Shown here one piece after another: positions 49,820 through 59,745 of a stretch of 64,000 nucleotides of DNA. A program made the position numbers and the translations under genes. Positions within the stretch are counted from its first letter, which is position 1. Every line of letters starts with the position of its first letter. The DNA comes from Chloroflexota bacterium (GTDB lineage Bacteria; Chloroflexota; Limnocylindria; Limnocylindrales; CSP1-4): the NCBI GenBank assembly GCA_005883615.1, contig VBEC01000022.1, positions 433-64,432 on the forward strand, in the 5' to 3' direction. Below the pieces are notes generated by a model. That model was not told the origin of the DNA, made no database searches, and saw nothing but the letters and a program-made list of their open reading frames with translations.

Positions 49820-51123
49820 GCCGCGCTGACCCGCTGCTGCCCAATGCCCTGATCGTCGCCCGGCGCGAATACGTCGACCGCGTGCGCAGCCGGATGTTCC
49901 ACGCCTCCACGATCGTCCTGGCCGCGCTGTCCGTCCTTGTCGCCTTCGCGCCGATTTTCACGAAGGCCGTCGATCGTGGCACCACCACGCATCTCGCGGT
50001 GTTCTCGTCCGACGCGGGCCTGGCGGACACCACGACGGCGAACCTCGGGACCTTCCTGAACTCTCAGCGAACCCCCGGCCAGGCTCCGCTCTACGCGCTG
50101 GGTCGCGTTCCCAGCGCGGAGGCCGCCCAGAGCGCGATCGACCTCGGCCTTGCCGATGGCGCCCTGCTCGTGGAGCGCAGCGCCGGTGGTCGAATCGATT
50201 TCAAGTTCTACACCGGCGAAAGCATCGCAGCCGATCGCCAGCAGCTGATCTCCGTCGGCACGTTCCTCGTCGCGGTGCTCGACTACACGACCGCCAACCG
50301 GGCGGGCCTGACGCAGCCATTCCTGTTCCCGTCGCTGGACATGGTCGCGGCCGCTGGGCCATCCGCCGGCGGCGCGCCGATCAGCGGCTCGGAATTCGCG
50401 GGCCGGCGCATCCTCGGCATCGTGTTCGTGGTGTTGATCTTCATCATCCTGGTCATCTACGGCATGTGGGTTGCGGCCGGCGTCGTGGCCGAGAAGACGA
50501 GCCGGGTGATGGAGCTGATCATCAGCGCCGCATCGCCCAGGCAGCTCGTGATCGGGAAGGTCCTGGGAATCGGTGGGGCCGGCGTCACGCAATACGTGTG
50601 CGTCCTGATCCCGGCGCTCCTCGCGCTTGGGGTCGAGGAGCAGGTGTCCACCCTGCTGTTCGGTCCGGGTGGCTCGATCGCGCCCTCGCTCGTTGCCCTG
50701 GCGCCCCCGCTCCTGCTGGCATACGGGGCGTTCTTCGTGCTCGGTTTCTGCCTGTACGCGCTGATCTACGCGGCTGCCGGGTCGCTGGTCAGTCGGGCCG
50801 AGGACCTCCAGGTCATGGCCCTACCTCTGAGCCTCATCGCGATCGCCGGCTACCTCTTCGCGGTGGTCGCCCTGTCGGGAGGCACGACCGGCTTCATCAG
50901 GATCGCGTCCTACGTCCCGTTCTGGAGTCCATTCGTGATGTTGACGCGATTGACCGTCGGGCGGGTCGAGCCGTGGGAGCTGGTGCTCTGCTTCGCCCTC
51001 CTGGTCGTCACCATCGCGATCACGGTCGTGATCGCCGCACGGGTCTACGCGGCGGGTGTCCTGCTGTACGGCCAACGACCGGGCCTGCAGGCCATCGTCG
51101 AAGCGGTTCGTCACCCGGCCTGA
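49816..51123 (+). CDS. ABC-2 permease (NatB-like)
   Basis: ARREY, VAEKTSRVME, GKVLG, PFWSP. Confidence 0.92.
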   Translation: MSRADPLLPNALIVARREYVDRVRSRMFHASTIVLAALSVLVAFAPIFTKAVDRGTTTHLAVFSSDAGLADTTTANLGTFLNSQRTPGQAPLYALGRVPSAEAAQSAIDLGLADGALLVERSAGGRIDFKFYTGESIAADRQQLISVGTFLVAVLDYTTANRAGLTQPFLFPSLDMVAAAGPSAGGAPISGSEFAGRRILGIVFVVLIFIILVIYGMWVAAGVVAEKTSRVMELIISAASPRQLVIGKVLGIGGAGVTQYVCVLIPALLALGVEEQVSTLLFGPGGSIAPSLVALAPPLLLAYGAFFVLGFCLYALIYAAAGSLVSRAEDLQVMALPLSLIAIAGYLFAVVALSGGTTGFIRIASYVPFWSPFVMLTRLTVGRVEPWELVLCFALLVVTIAITVVIAARVYAAGVLLYGQRPGLQAIVEAVRHPA

Positions 51124-51156
51124 GTCAGGCATTGTCCGATCGGCCCGATCCGGCCC

Positions 51157-51927
51157 TCAGGCGTCCTCGTCCAACGGCAGGCGGCGGATGAGTGCCAGGA
51201 CGGGACCCGAGCTGCCTGACGCGGGCGCCAGCCCGAGGATCTGCTGATCGGGAAAGGGCGTCAGCTGACCGGCCGACGTGGCCGGGATGAATCGCCAAAG
51301 CCGGCTGCGAATACCCGGGAGATAGGGTCCCGTGCGCTGCCTGGCCATGACTCCCGCGATGCCCTGGGCGACGACCGCATCGTGCAGCGCCCGACCCTCG
51401 GTGGCGATCGCTGGAACGGCGACCACCGATTCGCCCGGCGTGAGCGTCCGGCGGAGCGCCTCCCGTCGCCGGAAGAGTGGCTGCCCCAGGAGCGGCCGGC
51501 CGTCCAGGTAGAGGAGGTCGAAGACCAGGTAGGCGACGGAAGGGCCTGGGCTCCCGGCCAGTCGCGTGGCAAGGCCGGGAGCGTCGGCTCTTCCGGCCGC
51601 GTCGACAACGACGAGCTCACCGTCCACCACGGCTGATGTAGCCATGAGGCGCGAGCACAGGTCCGCCAGCTCTGGCAGACGAGACGCGAGGTCGGTGCCC
51701 TCGCTGTCCAGCAGGCGCAGCGCCCCACGATCGGCGGCATCGCAGAAGGCGAGCGCCCGGACGCCGGCCCACGAAGGCTCGAAGAGATGATCGGGCGAGT
51801 CGAAGGGCTCGAGCAAGGGCCGGGCGAGCATCGGCCTGAGGCTGGCGGGGAGCCTGGGCAGCTCGGCCTCCAGGCTCAGCGAGAGCTGGTCGCGGGCTGG
51901 CTGGGTTGGCGCCGTGGGCTCGCCCAT
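51157..51927 (-). CDS. ATP-dependent DNA ligase (LigD-type) adenylation domain homolog lacking catalytic residues
   Basis: PMLA, FEPSWAG.R, VDGELV, FDLLYLDG, PY.PG.RS..W; no OB domain. Confidence 0.8.
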   Translation of the reverse strand: MGEPTAPTQPARDQLSLSLEAELPRLPASLRPMLARPLLEPFDSPDHLFEPSWAGVRALAFCDAADRGALRLLDSEGTDLASRLPELADLCSRLMATSAVVDGELVVVDAAGRADAPGLATRLAGSPGPSVAYLVFDLLYLDGRPLLGQPLFRRREALRRTLTPGESVVAVPAIATEGRALHDAVVAQGIAGVMARQRTGPYLPGIRSRLWRFIPATSAGQLTPFPDQQILGLAPASGSSGPVLALIRRLPLDEDA

Positions 51928-52051
51928 GTGCGTCGGGATGGTAGCCTCTGGTGACTTCGCCGTCGCCCGGTCGTTCACGCCTGAGAAGCGTGCTTGTCGG
52001 CCGCAGCGCGTGCCCGAGCGTCTGTCTCGCGATCGAATGGTGGGAGTTGTC

Positions 52052-54235
52052 ATGCCACGGCCGGCCCGGCCCGAGGACCTCTACTCGCTTCGAATCCCGA
52101 CGGACCCGCAGCTATCGCCTGATGGCAATGTCGTGGTATTCACGCTTCAGACGGTGGCCCCAGCCAAAGACGCCTATCGCCACGCACTGTGGTCCGTACC
52201 GGCCGACGGCACGGCGCCCGCGCGGCAGCTCACGATCGGGGCAAGGCACGACGGCAGCGCCCGCTTCTCCCCCGATGGTCAGTGGCTTGCGTTTGTCTCC
52301 GACCGCCGCCTCGTCGCTGAGGAGCTGCCCGGCGCCCCGTCGGCCGAGGAGCGCGAGGACGGCAAGCAGGTGTACCTCCTGTCCCTTCACGGGATGGGCG
52401 GGGAGGCGCGCCGGCTCACGGACCTGCCGCGCGGCGTTGACGACCTGGCCTGGTCGCCCGACGGCCGCCGGCTCGTCGTGGCAACGAGCTCCCTTGGCGC
52501 CACGCGCGAGCAAGATGCGAGGCGTCGTGGCAAGCGCACGGACAAGGTGGCCCCCGGCGATCCGCCTCGCTCCGACTACCGCTATATCGACCGGCTCCAG
52601 TACGAGCTCAACGCGACCGGCTTCACGTACGACAGGACGCCACGGTTGTGGCTCGTCGACGTCGAAACGGGCGAGGCGCGCCGGCTGAGCAACGGCCGAG
52701 CCCCGGAGGAGCGCCCGGCGTGGTCGCCTGATGGGAAGCACATCGCTTTCGCAACCAACCGTCGGCCCGATCGCGACCTCGGCTTTCGGCAGGACGTCTG
52801 GGTGGTCGACGTCGGGAGTGGCCGCGAGACTCGGCTGACTGACGGCAGCGACAACTTTTTCGGCGCCCCGGCGTGGCTACCCGACGGAAAGTCGGTTGCG
52901 CTGCTCGGCCATCGCTATCCGGCGAATGCAGGCAGCCGCAGCGATGTGTGGCTCTTCGCCACGGACGGGTCCGACGCCCGCGGTGGCGGCCGAAACCTTT
53001 CGGGTCGGCACGATCTGATGCCGTGGTCGGCCATGAACAGCGACCTGACGGTGAGCGAGGATCCGCGTCTGGCCGTCTCTGATGACGGGAGATGGATCAC
53101 CTTCGCGGCGCCGTACGGCGGCGCCTACGAGCTGTGGCGGATCTCGACGCGCGACGGTGAGGTCGAGCGCCTCACCGAGGGTCGCCAGTACATCTCCGCG
53201 TTCTCGCAGGCCAACCGCCGCGGGGCGGATGCCCGGCTGGCGTACATCCGATCCACGCCGACCGAGCTGCCGGATATCCACCTCCTCGACGTGGAGGGCG
53301 CGCGGGCGTCCGCTGCGGGGGAGTCCGCGGCGGGCGGCATGGTCACGGCGCGGAGGGTGACCGAGCTCAACAGCGACGCCTTGGCCGGTATCCGCCTCGT
53401 CGAGCCCGTCGAGCGCTGGGTCACCGTCGATGGGCGCCAGGTGCAGAGCTGGTTCATCCCGCCGTCCCATGCCGCCGGTCGCCGTTCGGAGAGTCCGGCT
53501 CCGCTCGTGACCGAGATCCACGGCGGTCCGCACTCCCTGTACGGCTGGTCGCCCTTCTGGGAATTCCAGGTCCTTGCCGGCGAAGGCATCGGCGTTCACT
53601 ACGCCAACCCGCGCGGCTCCGAGGGTTACGGGCAGGACTTCAACGCAGCCAACTTCCGCGATTGGGGCAGCGGACCGATGCGCGACGTCCTCGCCGGAAT
53701 TGACGCGCTGGTCGCCGATGGCCTCGCCGACACCGAGCGGCTGGGCGTCACGGGCGGCTCCTATGGCGGCTACCTGACCTCCTGGATCATCGGGCAGACC
53801 GATCGTTTCAAGGCGGCGATCAGCTGCCGCTCGGTGAACGACCTGACCTCGCAGATGATGACCGGCGACATTGCCGGGCCCCATTTCGGGCGCCTCGAGT
53901 TGGGCGCCGCGCCATGGGAAGACCCCGACCTCTACCGGGCCCTCTCACCGATCACATATGCGGAGCGAATTCGGACCCCGCTCCTCATCCAGCACGGAGA
54001 GAAGGACCTGCGCACGCCGATCGGACAAGGTGAGGAACTGTTCACCGTCCTGCGCTCGCTGCGCCGACCGGTCCGCCTGATGCGGGTGCCCGACGAGAGC
54101 CACGAGCTGACGCGCTCGGGAACACCGTTTCGGAGGGTCGAGAACGCCGTCCAGGTTCGCGACTGGTTCCGCCACTTCCTCGTGGCCGGCCGACGCGGGC
54201 TGCCGCCGTTGCCGAAGGAGCGCGGCGGAAAGTAA
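52052..54235 (+). CDS. S9 family peptidase (acylaminoacyl peptidase-like)
   Basis: SPDG propeller repeats, IHGGP, GGSYGG, GEKD.R, ESH. Confidence 0.95.
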   Translation: MPRPARPEDLYSLRIPTDPQLSPDGNVVVFTLQTVAPAKDAYRHALWSVPADGTAPARQLTIGARHDGSARFSPDGQWLAFVSDRRLVAEELPGAPSAEEREDGKQVYLLSLHGMGGEARRLTDLPRGVDDLAWSPDGRRLVVATSSLGATREQDARRRGKRTDKVAPGDPPRSDYRYIDRLQYELNATGFTYDRTPRLWLVDVETGEARRLSNGRAPEERPAWSPDGKHIAFATNRRPDRDLGFRQDVWVVDVGSGRETRLTDGSDNFFGAPAWLPDGKSVALLGHRYPANAGSRSDVWLFATDGSDARGGGRNLSGRHDLMPWSAMNSDLTVSEDPRLAVSDDGRWITFAAPYGGAYELWRISTRDGEVERLTEGRQYISAFSQANRRGADARLAYIRSTPTELPDIHLLDVEGARASAAGESAAGGMVTARRVTELNSDALAGIRLVEPVERWVTVDGRQVQSWFIPPSHAAGRRSESPAPLVTEIHGGPHSLYGWSPFWEFQVLAGEGIGVHYANPRGSEGYGQDFNAANFRDWGSGPMRDVLAGIDALVADGLADTERLGVTGGSYGGYLTSWIIGQTDRFKAAISCRSVNDLTSQMMTGDIAGPHFGRLELGAAPWEDPDLYRALSPITYAERIRTPLLIQHGEKDLRTPIGQGEELFTVLRSLRRPVRLMRVPDESHELTRSGTPFRRVENAVQVRDWFRHFLVAGRRGLPPLPKERGGK

Positions 54236-54326
54236 CGTTGTGGCGGGGCCCCCCGGCGGGGCCTTGGATCTCCCGCCCCCTTCGATCCTGCGCCTTCCTG
54301 CGCCTTCGATCCTGCCCGCCGATCGG

Positions 54327-54522
54327 TTTCCTGCCAGATGTTCGCCCTGGGAGCCTTAAGTCGAGTCACCGCTACGGCTACGGCGCCGGTCCACACCGGC
54401 TGGAATTCTTCCCTTGCCGCGTTCGAGCCGGCACAAACTGGCTCCGTCGAGGCTGATTTCGGCGGGCAAGAGCCTCCAGTTCTGGCCATAAGGTCCACAG
54501 GGGCGCCATCTCGCAGGAAATT
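54327..54522 (+). ncRNA. 6S-like RNA candidate
   Basis: About 195 nt; termini 54327-54358 and 54489-54520 pair; ends AGATGTTCGC and GCGCCATCTCG resemble the E. coli 6S closing stem as recalled; internal G-U hairpins. Confidence 0.55.
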
Positions 54523-54621
54523 CAGGGCACCCGGGGGGACGGGCGGAGAGCGCTAGCAGGTGCGGCGCAACAGCCGCGACCAAGCAGCCATCCAACGGCC
54601 CGGGTGTATTCTCCCCGTCCC

Positions 54622-55617
54622 ATGGCGACCATCGCCCCGCGACGCGATTCTGCGGCCACCGAGCGCGCCCGCGAGCTCCTGCGAACCTGGGACAGCCGTC
54701 TGACGCTCGGGGGCAGCGCGCTCGGCAGCCTGCTCGGGCGCGTGACGCCCGTGGACCAGGTGGGCGTCGAGGAACGCATTGACTCGCTGAACAAGCGGTC
54801 CATCAAGCGCGAATCCAAGCTGTGGGCACTCGATCTGGCCATTCGGATGATGGATCTCACCACTCTCGAAGGAAAAGACACGCCGGGCAAGGTCCGGGCG
54901 ATGTGCGCGAAGGCCATTCATCCCCAGCCCGGCGACAGCACGATTCCGTCGGTCGCGGCGGTGTGCGTCTACCCGGCCCTCGTCACCGATGCCAGGGATG
55001 CGCTCAAGGGCTCAGGCGTCAAGGTTGCATCGGTCGCGACGGGCTTTCCTTCGGGCCAGACGTTCCGCGACCTGAAGGTGGCGGAAGCCAGGGAAGCGGT
55101 TGCTGCAGGCGCCGACGAGGTCGATATGGTGATCGACCGGGGCGCCTTCTTGCGCGGCGACTACCTGACGGTTTTCGAGGAGATCATCGAGGTCAAGGAT
55201 GCGAGTGATCCCGCCCACCTGAAGGTGATCCTCGAGACCGGCGAGCTCGAGACGTACGACAACGTTCGGCGCGCCGCCGTGTTGGCGATGGCTGCCGGCG
55301 CCGATTTCGTGAAGACTTCCACCGGCAAGGTGACCCCGGCCGCGACGCTTCCCGTGACGCTCGTGATGCTCGAGGCCATACGCGACTTCGAGCGGCAGAC
55401 GGGCCGCTCGGTAGGCATGAAGGCGGCCGGCGGAATCCGCACCGCCAAGGAAGCCATCCAATACCTGGTCGTCCTCTACGAGACGCTGGGGCCGCGCTGG
55501 ATGACGGCCGATCGCTTCCGCTTCGGTGCCTCTTCGCTGCTGAATGACGTGCTCATGCAGATCGAGAAGGAACGCACCGGCCGCTACCAGGGACCCGATC
55601 ACTTCACGCTCGACTGA
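54622..55617 (+). CDS. deoC: Deoxyribose-phosphate aldolase
   Basis: DLTTL, AAVCVYP, VATGFP, KVILETG, FVKTSTG, K.AGGIR, RFGASS. Confidence 0.95.
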   Translation: MATIAPRRDSAATERARELLRTWDSRLTLGGSALGSLLGRVTPVDQVGVEERIDSLNKRSIKRESKLWALDLAIRMMDLTTLEGKDTPGKVRAMCAKAIHPQPGDSTIPSVAAVCVYPALVTDARDALKGSGVKVASVATGFPSGQTFRDLKVAEAREAVAAGADEVDMVIDRGAFLRGDYLTVFEEIIEVKDASDPAHLKVILETGELETYDNVRRAAVLAMAAGADFVKTSTGKVTPAATLPVTLVMLEAIRDFERQTGRSVGMKAAGGIRTAKEAIQYLVVLYETLGPRWMTADRFRFGASSLLNDVLMQIEKERTGRYQGPDHFTLD

Positions 55618-55624
55618 GTCCCCG

Positions 55625-56650
55625 ATGCCCGATCTCGCGGCGACTGCCGAGCCATACCAGCCGGCGGTCGACCTCCCGCCCATCCCTGGGCTGCTGTTCC
55701 GCCACCTGCGAGCCCCGGCCGACTATCGGGCCATGAATTCCGTGGCGAACGCATCCAGAGCTCACGAGGGGATGGCGTATTTCACGACCGAGGCGGACCT
55801 GGCGAATACCTACGACCACCTATCCAACTGCGATCCCTCGCGGGACGTCGTCCTCGCGGAGATCGCAGACCGCCTCGTCGGCTACGGACGGACGTCGTGG
55901 TCTCGCGAACATGGCGGGGATCTCGTTTTCGAAGCGATCTGCTACGTCGATCCTGAGTGCCTCCGCCAAGGCATCGGTCGGGCTCTCCTCATGACGCTGG
56001 AACGTCGCGCAAGCGAGATCGGAAACACGATGCCGATCGAGGGCGCCCGCTTCCTTCAGGCTGAGTCCAGCGACAGTTCGGCCGGACGAGTCGCCCTGCT
56101 CCTGGCGTCCGGCTATTCGCCGATCCGTCACGGCTTCCTGATGGTGCGACCGACCCTTGAGGACCAGGACGACGCGCCCCTTCCCGCCGGGCTGCAGATT
56201 CGCGAGGTGCGACCGGAGCACATGCGCGTCATCTGGGAGGCCGACCAGGAGGCATTCCGTGATCACTGGGGGAGCGGCCAAGGGACGGAGGAGGACTATC
56301 TCGAGTTCCTGAACGATCCCACCCAGGGCGACACCAGCCTCTGGCGGATCGCCTGGGATGGCCAGGAAGTTGCGGGCCAGGTCCGCAGCTTCATCAACGA
56401 GGAAGAGAACCGGCGCTTCGGTCGCACGAGGGGATGGGTAGAGAACATCAGCGTCGGACGGCGCTGGCGGCATCGCGGTCTGGCGCGCGCATTGATGGCC
56501 GCGAGCTTCCCGCTGCTCAGGGCGCGTGGCATGACCGAGGGCGCGCTGAGCGTCGACGCCCAGAACCCGACCGGCGCGCTCGCCGTGTACGAGAGCGTGG
56601 GTTTCCTGCCTGTGTCGAGCGAGGCGGTCTACCGCAAGCCCTTGCCCTGA
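55625..56650 (+). CDS. Tandem GNAT acetyltransferase (MshD-like architecture)
   Basis: Two acetyl-CoA motifs (RQGIG, RHRGLA); L.VDA.NPTGA..VYE..GF. Confidence 0.85.
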   Translation: MPDLAATAEPYQPAVDLPPIPGLLFRHLRAPADYRAMNSVANASRAHEGMAYFTTEADLANTYDHLSNCDPSRDVVLAEIADRLVGYGRTSWSREHGGDLVFEAICYVDPECLRQGIGRALLMTLERRASEIGNTMPIEGARFLQAESSDSSAGRVALLLASGYSPIRHGFLMVRPTLEDQDDAPLPAGLQIREVRPEHMRVIWEADQEAFRDHWGSGQGTEEDYLEFLNDPTQGDTSLWRIAWDGQEVAGQVRSFINEEENRRFGRTRGWVENISVGRRWRHRGLARALMAASFPLLRARGMTEGALSVDAQNPTGALAVYESVGFLPVSSEAVYRKPLP

Positions 56651-56669
56651 TGCCGGGCTCGATGGACCG

Positions 56670-57947
56670 CTAGGCGCCGACCTCTCCGAACACGAGCGCC
56701 GCGTTGAGCCCGCCGAACCCGAACGAGGTCGACAGCACGTGCCGGTAGCGGCCGGGCCGACCACCTTCGTCACGGATCAGGCACGGCAGCAACGCCTCAA
56801 CGTCCGGGTCCGGGTTCGTGAGGTTCACCGACCGTGGCGCCCAGCCATCGCGGATGGTCAGCGCGCTGATGGCGGCTTCGATCGCCCCCGAGGCCCCCAA
56901 TGGGTGGCCGTATAAGGCTTTGGTTCCGCTCACCGGGACCTTACCGAGCCCCTCGCCGAGGGCCAGCGCCAGGGCCCGAGCCTCGGCGACATCGCCGATC
57001 GGCGTCGAGCTGGCATGCGCATTGACGTAGTCGATCTCTCCAGGTCGAACACCCGCGTCTCCCATCGCGATCGAGGCGGCCCGAGCGGCCTCGATCCCGT
57101 CCGGCCTTGGCTGGACCATGTGATAGGCGTCCGACGTCGCGCCGTAGCCCATCAGCCGAGCGTACGGCTGGGCACCCCGTGACCGGGCGATGTCCGAGGC
57201 CTCGAGCAGGAGCAGCGCGGCACCCTCGCCCATGACGAAGCCGTCTCGACCGGAGTCGAAGGGTCGGCAGGCCGCCTCCGGATTCGCGTTGCTGCCGGGC
57301 GACAGCGCGCGGATGATGTCGAAAGCGCCGAACGCAAGAGGGCTGAGGGGGCACTCCACGCCGCCGGCGATGGCCGCATCGATCTCGCCGGCACGGATCG
57401 CACCGAGGGCCTCGCCCAGCGCGACGGAGCCTGAGGCGCATGAGTTCGCGGTGGACAGGATCGGACCGCGAACACCGAGTGCGATGCCGATATTGGCGGG
57501 GGCCGCGCCGCCGAAGACCGCGAGTGCGAGGGTGGGGGAGACCGCGCGGATTCCGCGCTCGAGGTAGCGCTCGTGCTGGGTCTCGGCGAAGGCGATTCCG
57601 CCGAGCGCGCTTCCAAGGTAGATACCGGTCCGCGTTGGGTCTGCCCCTGCGCCGGCTCGCCCGGGCTGCCAACCCGCGTCGGCCAACGCCAGGCCGCCAG
57701 CGGCGAGGCCGAACTGGCTGAACCGATCCAGCTGCCGCGCTGTTCGGGCGTCCATGTGGTCGAGTGGCTCGAACGCGTCGACCTGCGCTGCCACCTGCGA
57801 CCGAAATGTGCCCGGGTCGAAGCGGTCGATCCGTTTGACCGGAGAGCGACCCTCTCGCATACCCGCCCAGAAAGCGTCGCGCCCGATCCCGCAAGCGGCG
57901 ACCAGCCCGATGCCGGTGATCCAGACGTCGCGGAGATCGTCGGTCAT
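56670..57947 (-). CDS. Beta-ketoacyl synthase II (FabF/KS-alpha-like)
   Basis: ITGIG, NSCASG (Cys), RDGFVMGEG, NAHASST (His), K...GHPLGA (His), SFGFGG.N. Confidence 0.92.
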   Translation of the reverse strand: MTDDLRDVWITGIGLVAACGIGRDAFWAGMREGRSPVKRIDRFDPGTFRSQVAAQVDAFEPLDHMDARTARQLDRFSQFGLAAGGLALADAGWQPGRAGAGADPTRTGIYLGSALGGIAFAETQHERYLERGIRAVSPTLALAVFGGAAPANIGIALGVRGPILSTANSCASGSVALGEALGAIRAGEIDAAIAGGVECPLSPLAFGAFDIIRALSPGSNANPEAACRPFDSGRDGFVMGEGAALLLLEASDIARSRGAQPYARLMGYGATSDAYHMVQPRPDGIEAARAASIAMGDAGVRPGEIDYVNAHASSTPIGDVAEARALALALGEGLGKVPVSGTKALYGHPLGASGAIEAAISALTIRDGWAPRSVNLTNPDPDVEALLPCLIRDEGGRPGRYRHVLSTSFGFGGLNAALVFGEVGA

Positions 57948-58528
57948 ATCCCTGGATTCGTCGGCGGTGGGCTGGCGGACTCGCCTCCAGGCTTCCCGGC
58001 GGACTCGGCGCCCCTGTCGATGACCGGTTCCATCGCCAGGGCTTCGGCGATTGACTTGAACGTCGCCAGCGTGCGACCGGCGATGGGGCGGACAAACAGC
58101 CGAATCACCAGACGAGCGTACGCCCCAGCCCTGCGTTCGAAAACGTGCTCGATCGAGACGCTGCAACCGCCCGCGGCCGGCTCGATCCGCCAGGTGACGC
58201 TCATGCCGTCCGTCGCGCCCCCGTGGTGGACGAATCGGAGCAGGCGTGCACCGGGGTCGTTCGACGTGCGCGCACGCCAGGCGACGGGAATGCCGACTCC
58301 CAGAGGACGGAAGAGGGGACGAAGGGCCACGAACTCCACCGTCTTGCTGCCGTCGGTGTGTCGTTCGAGGACGTGCGCCCGCAGGTAATGCGGCAGGACG
58401 TGAGGCCAACGCTCGACGTCGGATGCGAGGCGAAAGACGAGCTCCGGCGGAGCCGCAATCGCGACCGTCTGTGTCGACCGCGTCGACCGCGTCGACCGCG
58501 TCGACCTCGTCGACCGTGCCTCCTTCAC
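57944..58528 (-). CDS. SRPBCC cyclase/aromatase-like protein with N-terminal STR repeats
   Basis: IAAPPELVF.LA.DVERWP..LPHY; in-frame 9 bp GTCGACCGC-type repeat x5 at 58473-58517. Confidence 0.82.
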   Translation of the reverse strand: MKEARSTRSTRSTRSTRSTQTVAIAAPPELVFRLASDVERWPHVLPHYLRAHVLERHTDGSKTVEFVALRPLFRPLGVGIPVAWRARTSNDPGARLLRFVHHGGATDGMSVTWRIEPAAGGCSVSIEHVFERRAGAYARLVIRLFVRPIAGRTLATFKSIAEALAMEPVIDRGAESAGKPGGESASPPPTNPGI

Positions 58529-59745
58529 GGCACCAGCAGCGCAGCGAGGAATCGCGGATCGAGTGCCCCTCGGGCGGGCACGAGGTCGCTCATCACAAGG
58601 CTCATCGTCTGTCGCTCCGCGGGCCTCGATGCCAGGCGCCGTGCGGCGTACTCGAACAGCGCACGCCGGCCGAGGAACATCTGGACGAGCCAGCTCACCA
58701 CATCCTTGCCGGAAAAGCGGTTGGACATCGCTCGCTCGTAGGCGGGCAGGGCACCCGACCGGCCGGCCAGGTGCCCGCCGATGGCCGCGGCCGCCAGCCG
58801 AGCCGAGACGAGTGCGCGATGGATACCTTCCCCGGTGAAGGGATCGAGGAAGCCTGCCGCGTCGCCGACGAGCAACCAGCCGTCACCGGCCCGCCGGCTG
58901 ACCCGGTGCCCGAGAGGCCAGGCGCCTGCCACTGGTTCAACCCGGCTGCCCGTCCGCCACGGTTCGAACCCGCCATCGGGGAGAGGGGGCAAGGCTGCAA
59001 CGACGCTTTCGGTCACCGCGGCTGCTCCGTCCGACTCGAGCTGGCGGAGCCGGACCCGATCCTCGAGAACGATCCCGACGTTGACGAGACCACCCGGCAC
59101 CGGCGCAATGCCGCAATAACCGCCGGGAATCACGACCATCCGCGCGTCATGAGCCGAGTCGTCGTCCCCCTTCAGGTGGTACGTGAGCCCGATCCTCGGC
59201 GGCAGTCGAGCGCGCCTTGCCACGCCCGCCGCTCGCGCGACCACGGAGCGGATGCCGTCCGCGCCGACGACCACCCGGGCCTGGATCCTTCGTCCGCCTT
59301 CGATCCCGAGCGTAGTCGGTTCGCGAGTGCCTGCGGACCGCGGCAGGTCGAGCGAAACGACCGTCGTGCCACGCCGCACGTCGGCACCTGCTTCCTGCGC
59401 CAGGCGCAGGAGCGCGTCGTCGAGCCCGCTCCGATCGAACCCGATTGCTCCGGCGGCTTGCTCGGATTCGCTGCCATATGTCAACCGGAAGGTAGTTCCC
59501 CCCGGCGTCTCGACCCGCATCGCTGGAATCGACCGGCCGACTTGCCGGATGGTTCCGGCATCGAGCCCCAGGCGGGCGAGCTCGACCACGGAAGCCGGCG
59601 AACTGAACACGCCACACGCGCGCCAGCGCCAAACGGGTTGCCGCTCGATCACCACGACGTCGCGGCCGGCACGAGCGAGGGCCGTTGCGACGGCGGCACC
59701 GGCCAGGCCGCCGCCAACCACGGCGACTTCGACCCGCTCGGTCAT
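58525..59745 (-). CDS. FAD-dependent oxidoreductase (geranylgeranyl reductase/monooxygenase fold)
   Basis: VVGGGLAG, GADG..S, LVGDAAGF.DPFTGEGI. Confidence 0.9.
   Translation of the reverse strand: MTERVEVAVVGGGLAGAAVATALARAGRDVVVIERQPVWRWRACGVFSSPASVVELARLGLDAGTIRQVGRSIPAMRVETPGGTTFRLTYGSESEQAAGAIGFDRSGLDDALLRLAQEAGADVRRGTTVVSLDLPRSAGTREPTTLGIEGGRRIQARVVVGADGIRSVVARAAGVARRARLPPRIGLTYHLKGDDDSAHDARMVVIPGGYCGIAPVPGGLVNVGIVLEDRVRLRQLESDGAAAVTESVVAALPPLPDGGFEPWRTGSRVEPVAGAWPLGHRVSRRAGDGWLLVGDAAGFLDPFTGEGIHRALVSARLAAAAIGGHLAGRSGALPAYERAMSNRFSGKDVVSWLVQMFLGRRALFEYAARRLASRPAERQTMSLVMSDLVPARGALDPRFLAALLVP

Noticed and set aside
54327-54522. MITE
   Set aside because: No evident target-site duplication, and strand-specific G-U pairing favours an RNA; not fully excluded without a genome-wide copy count
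58473-58517. Phase-variation tract in the cyclase gene
   Set aside because: The 9 bp unit keeps the frame, so copy change only alters the N-terminal length
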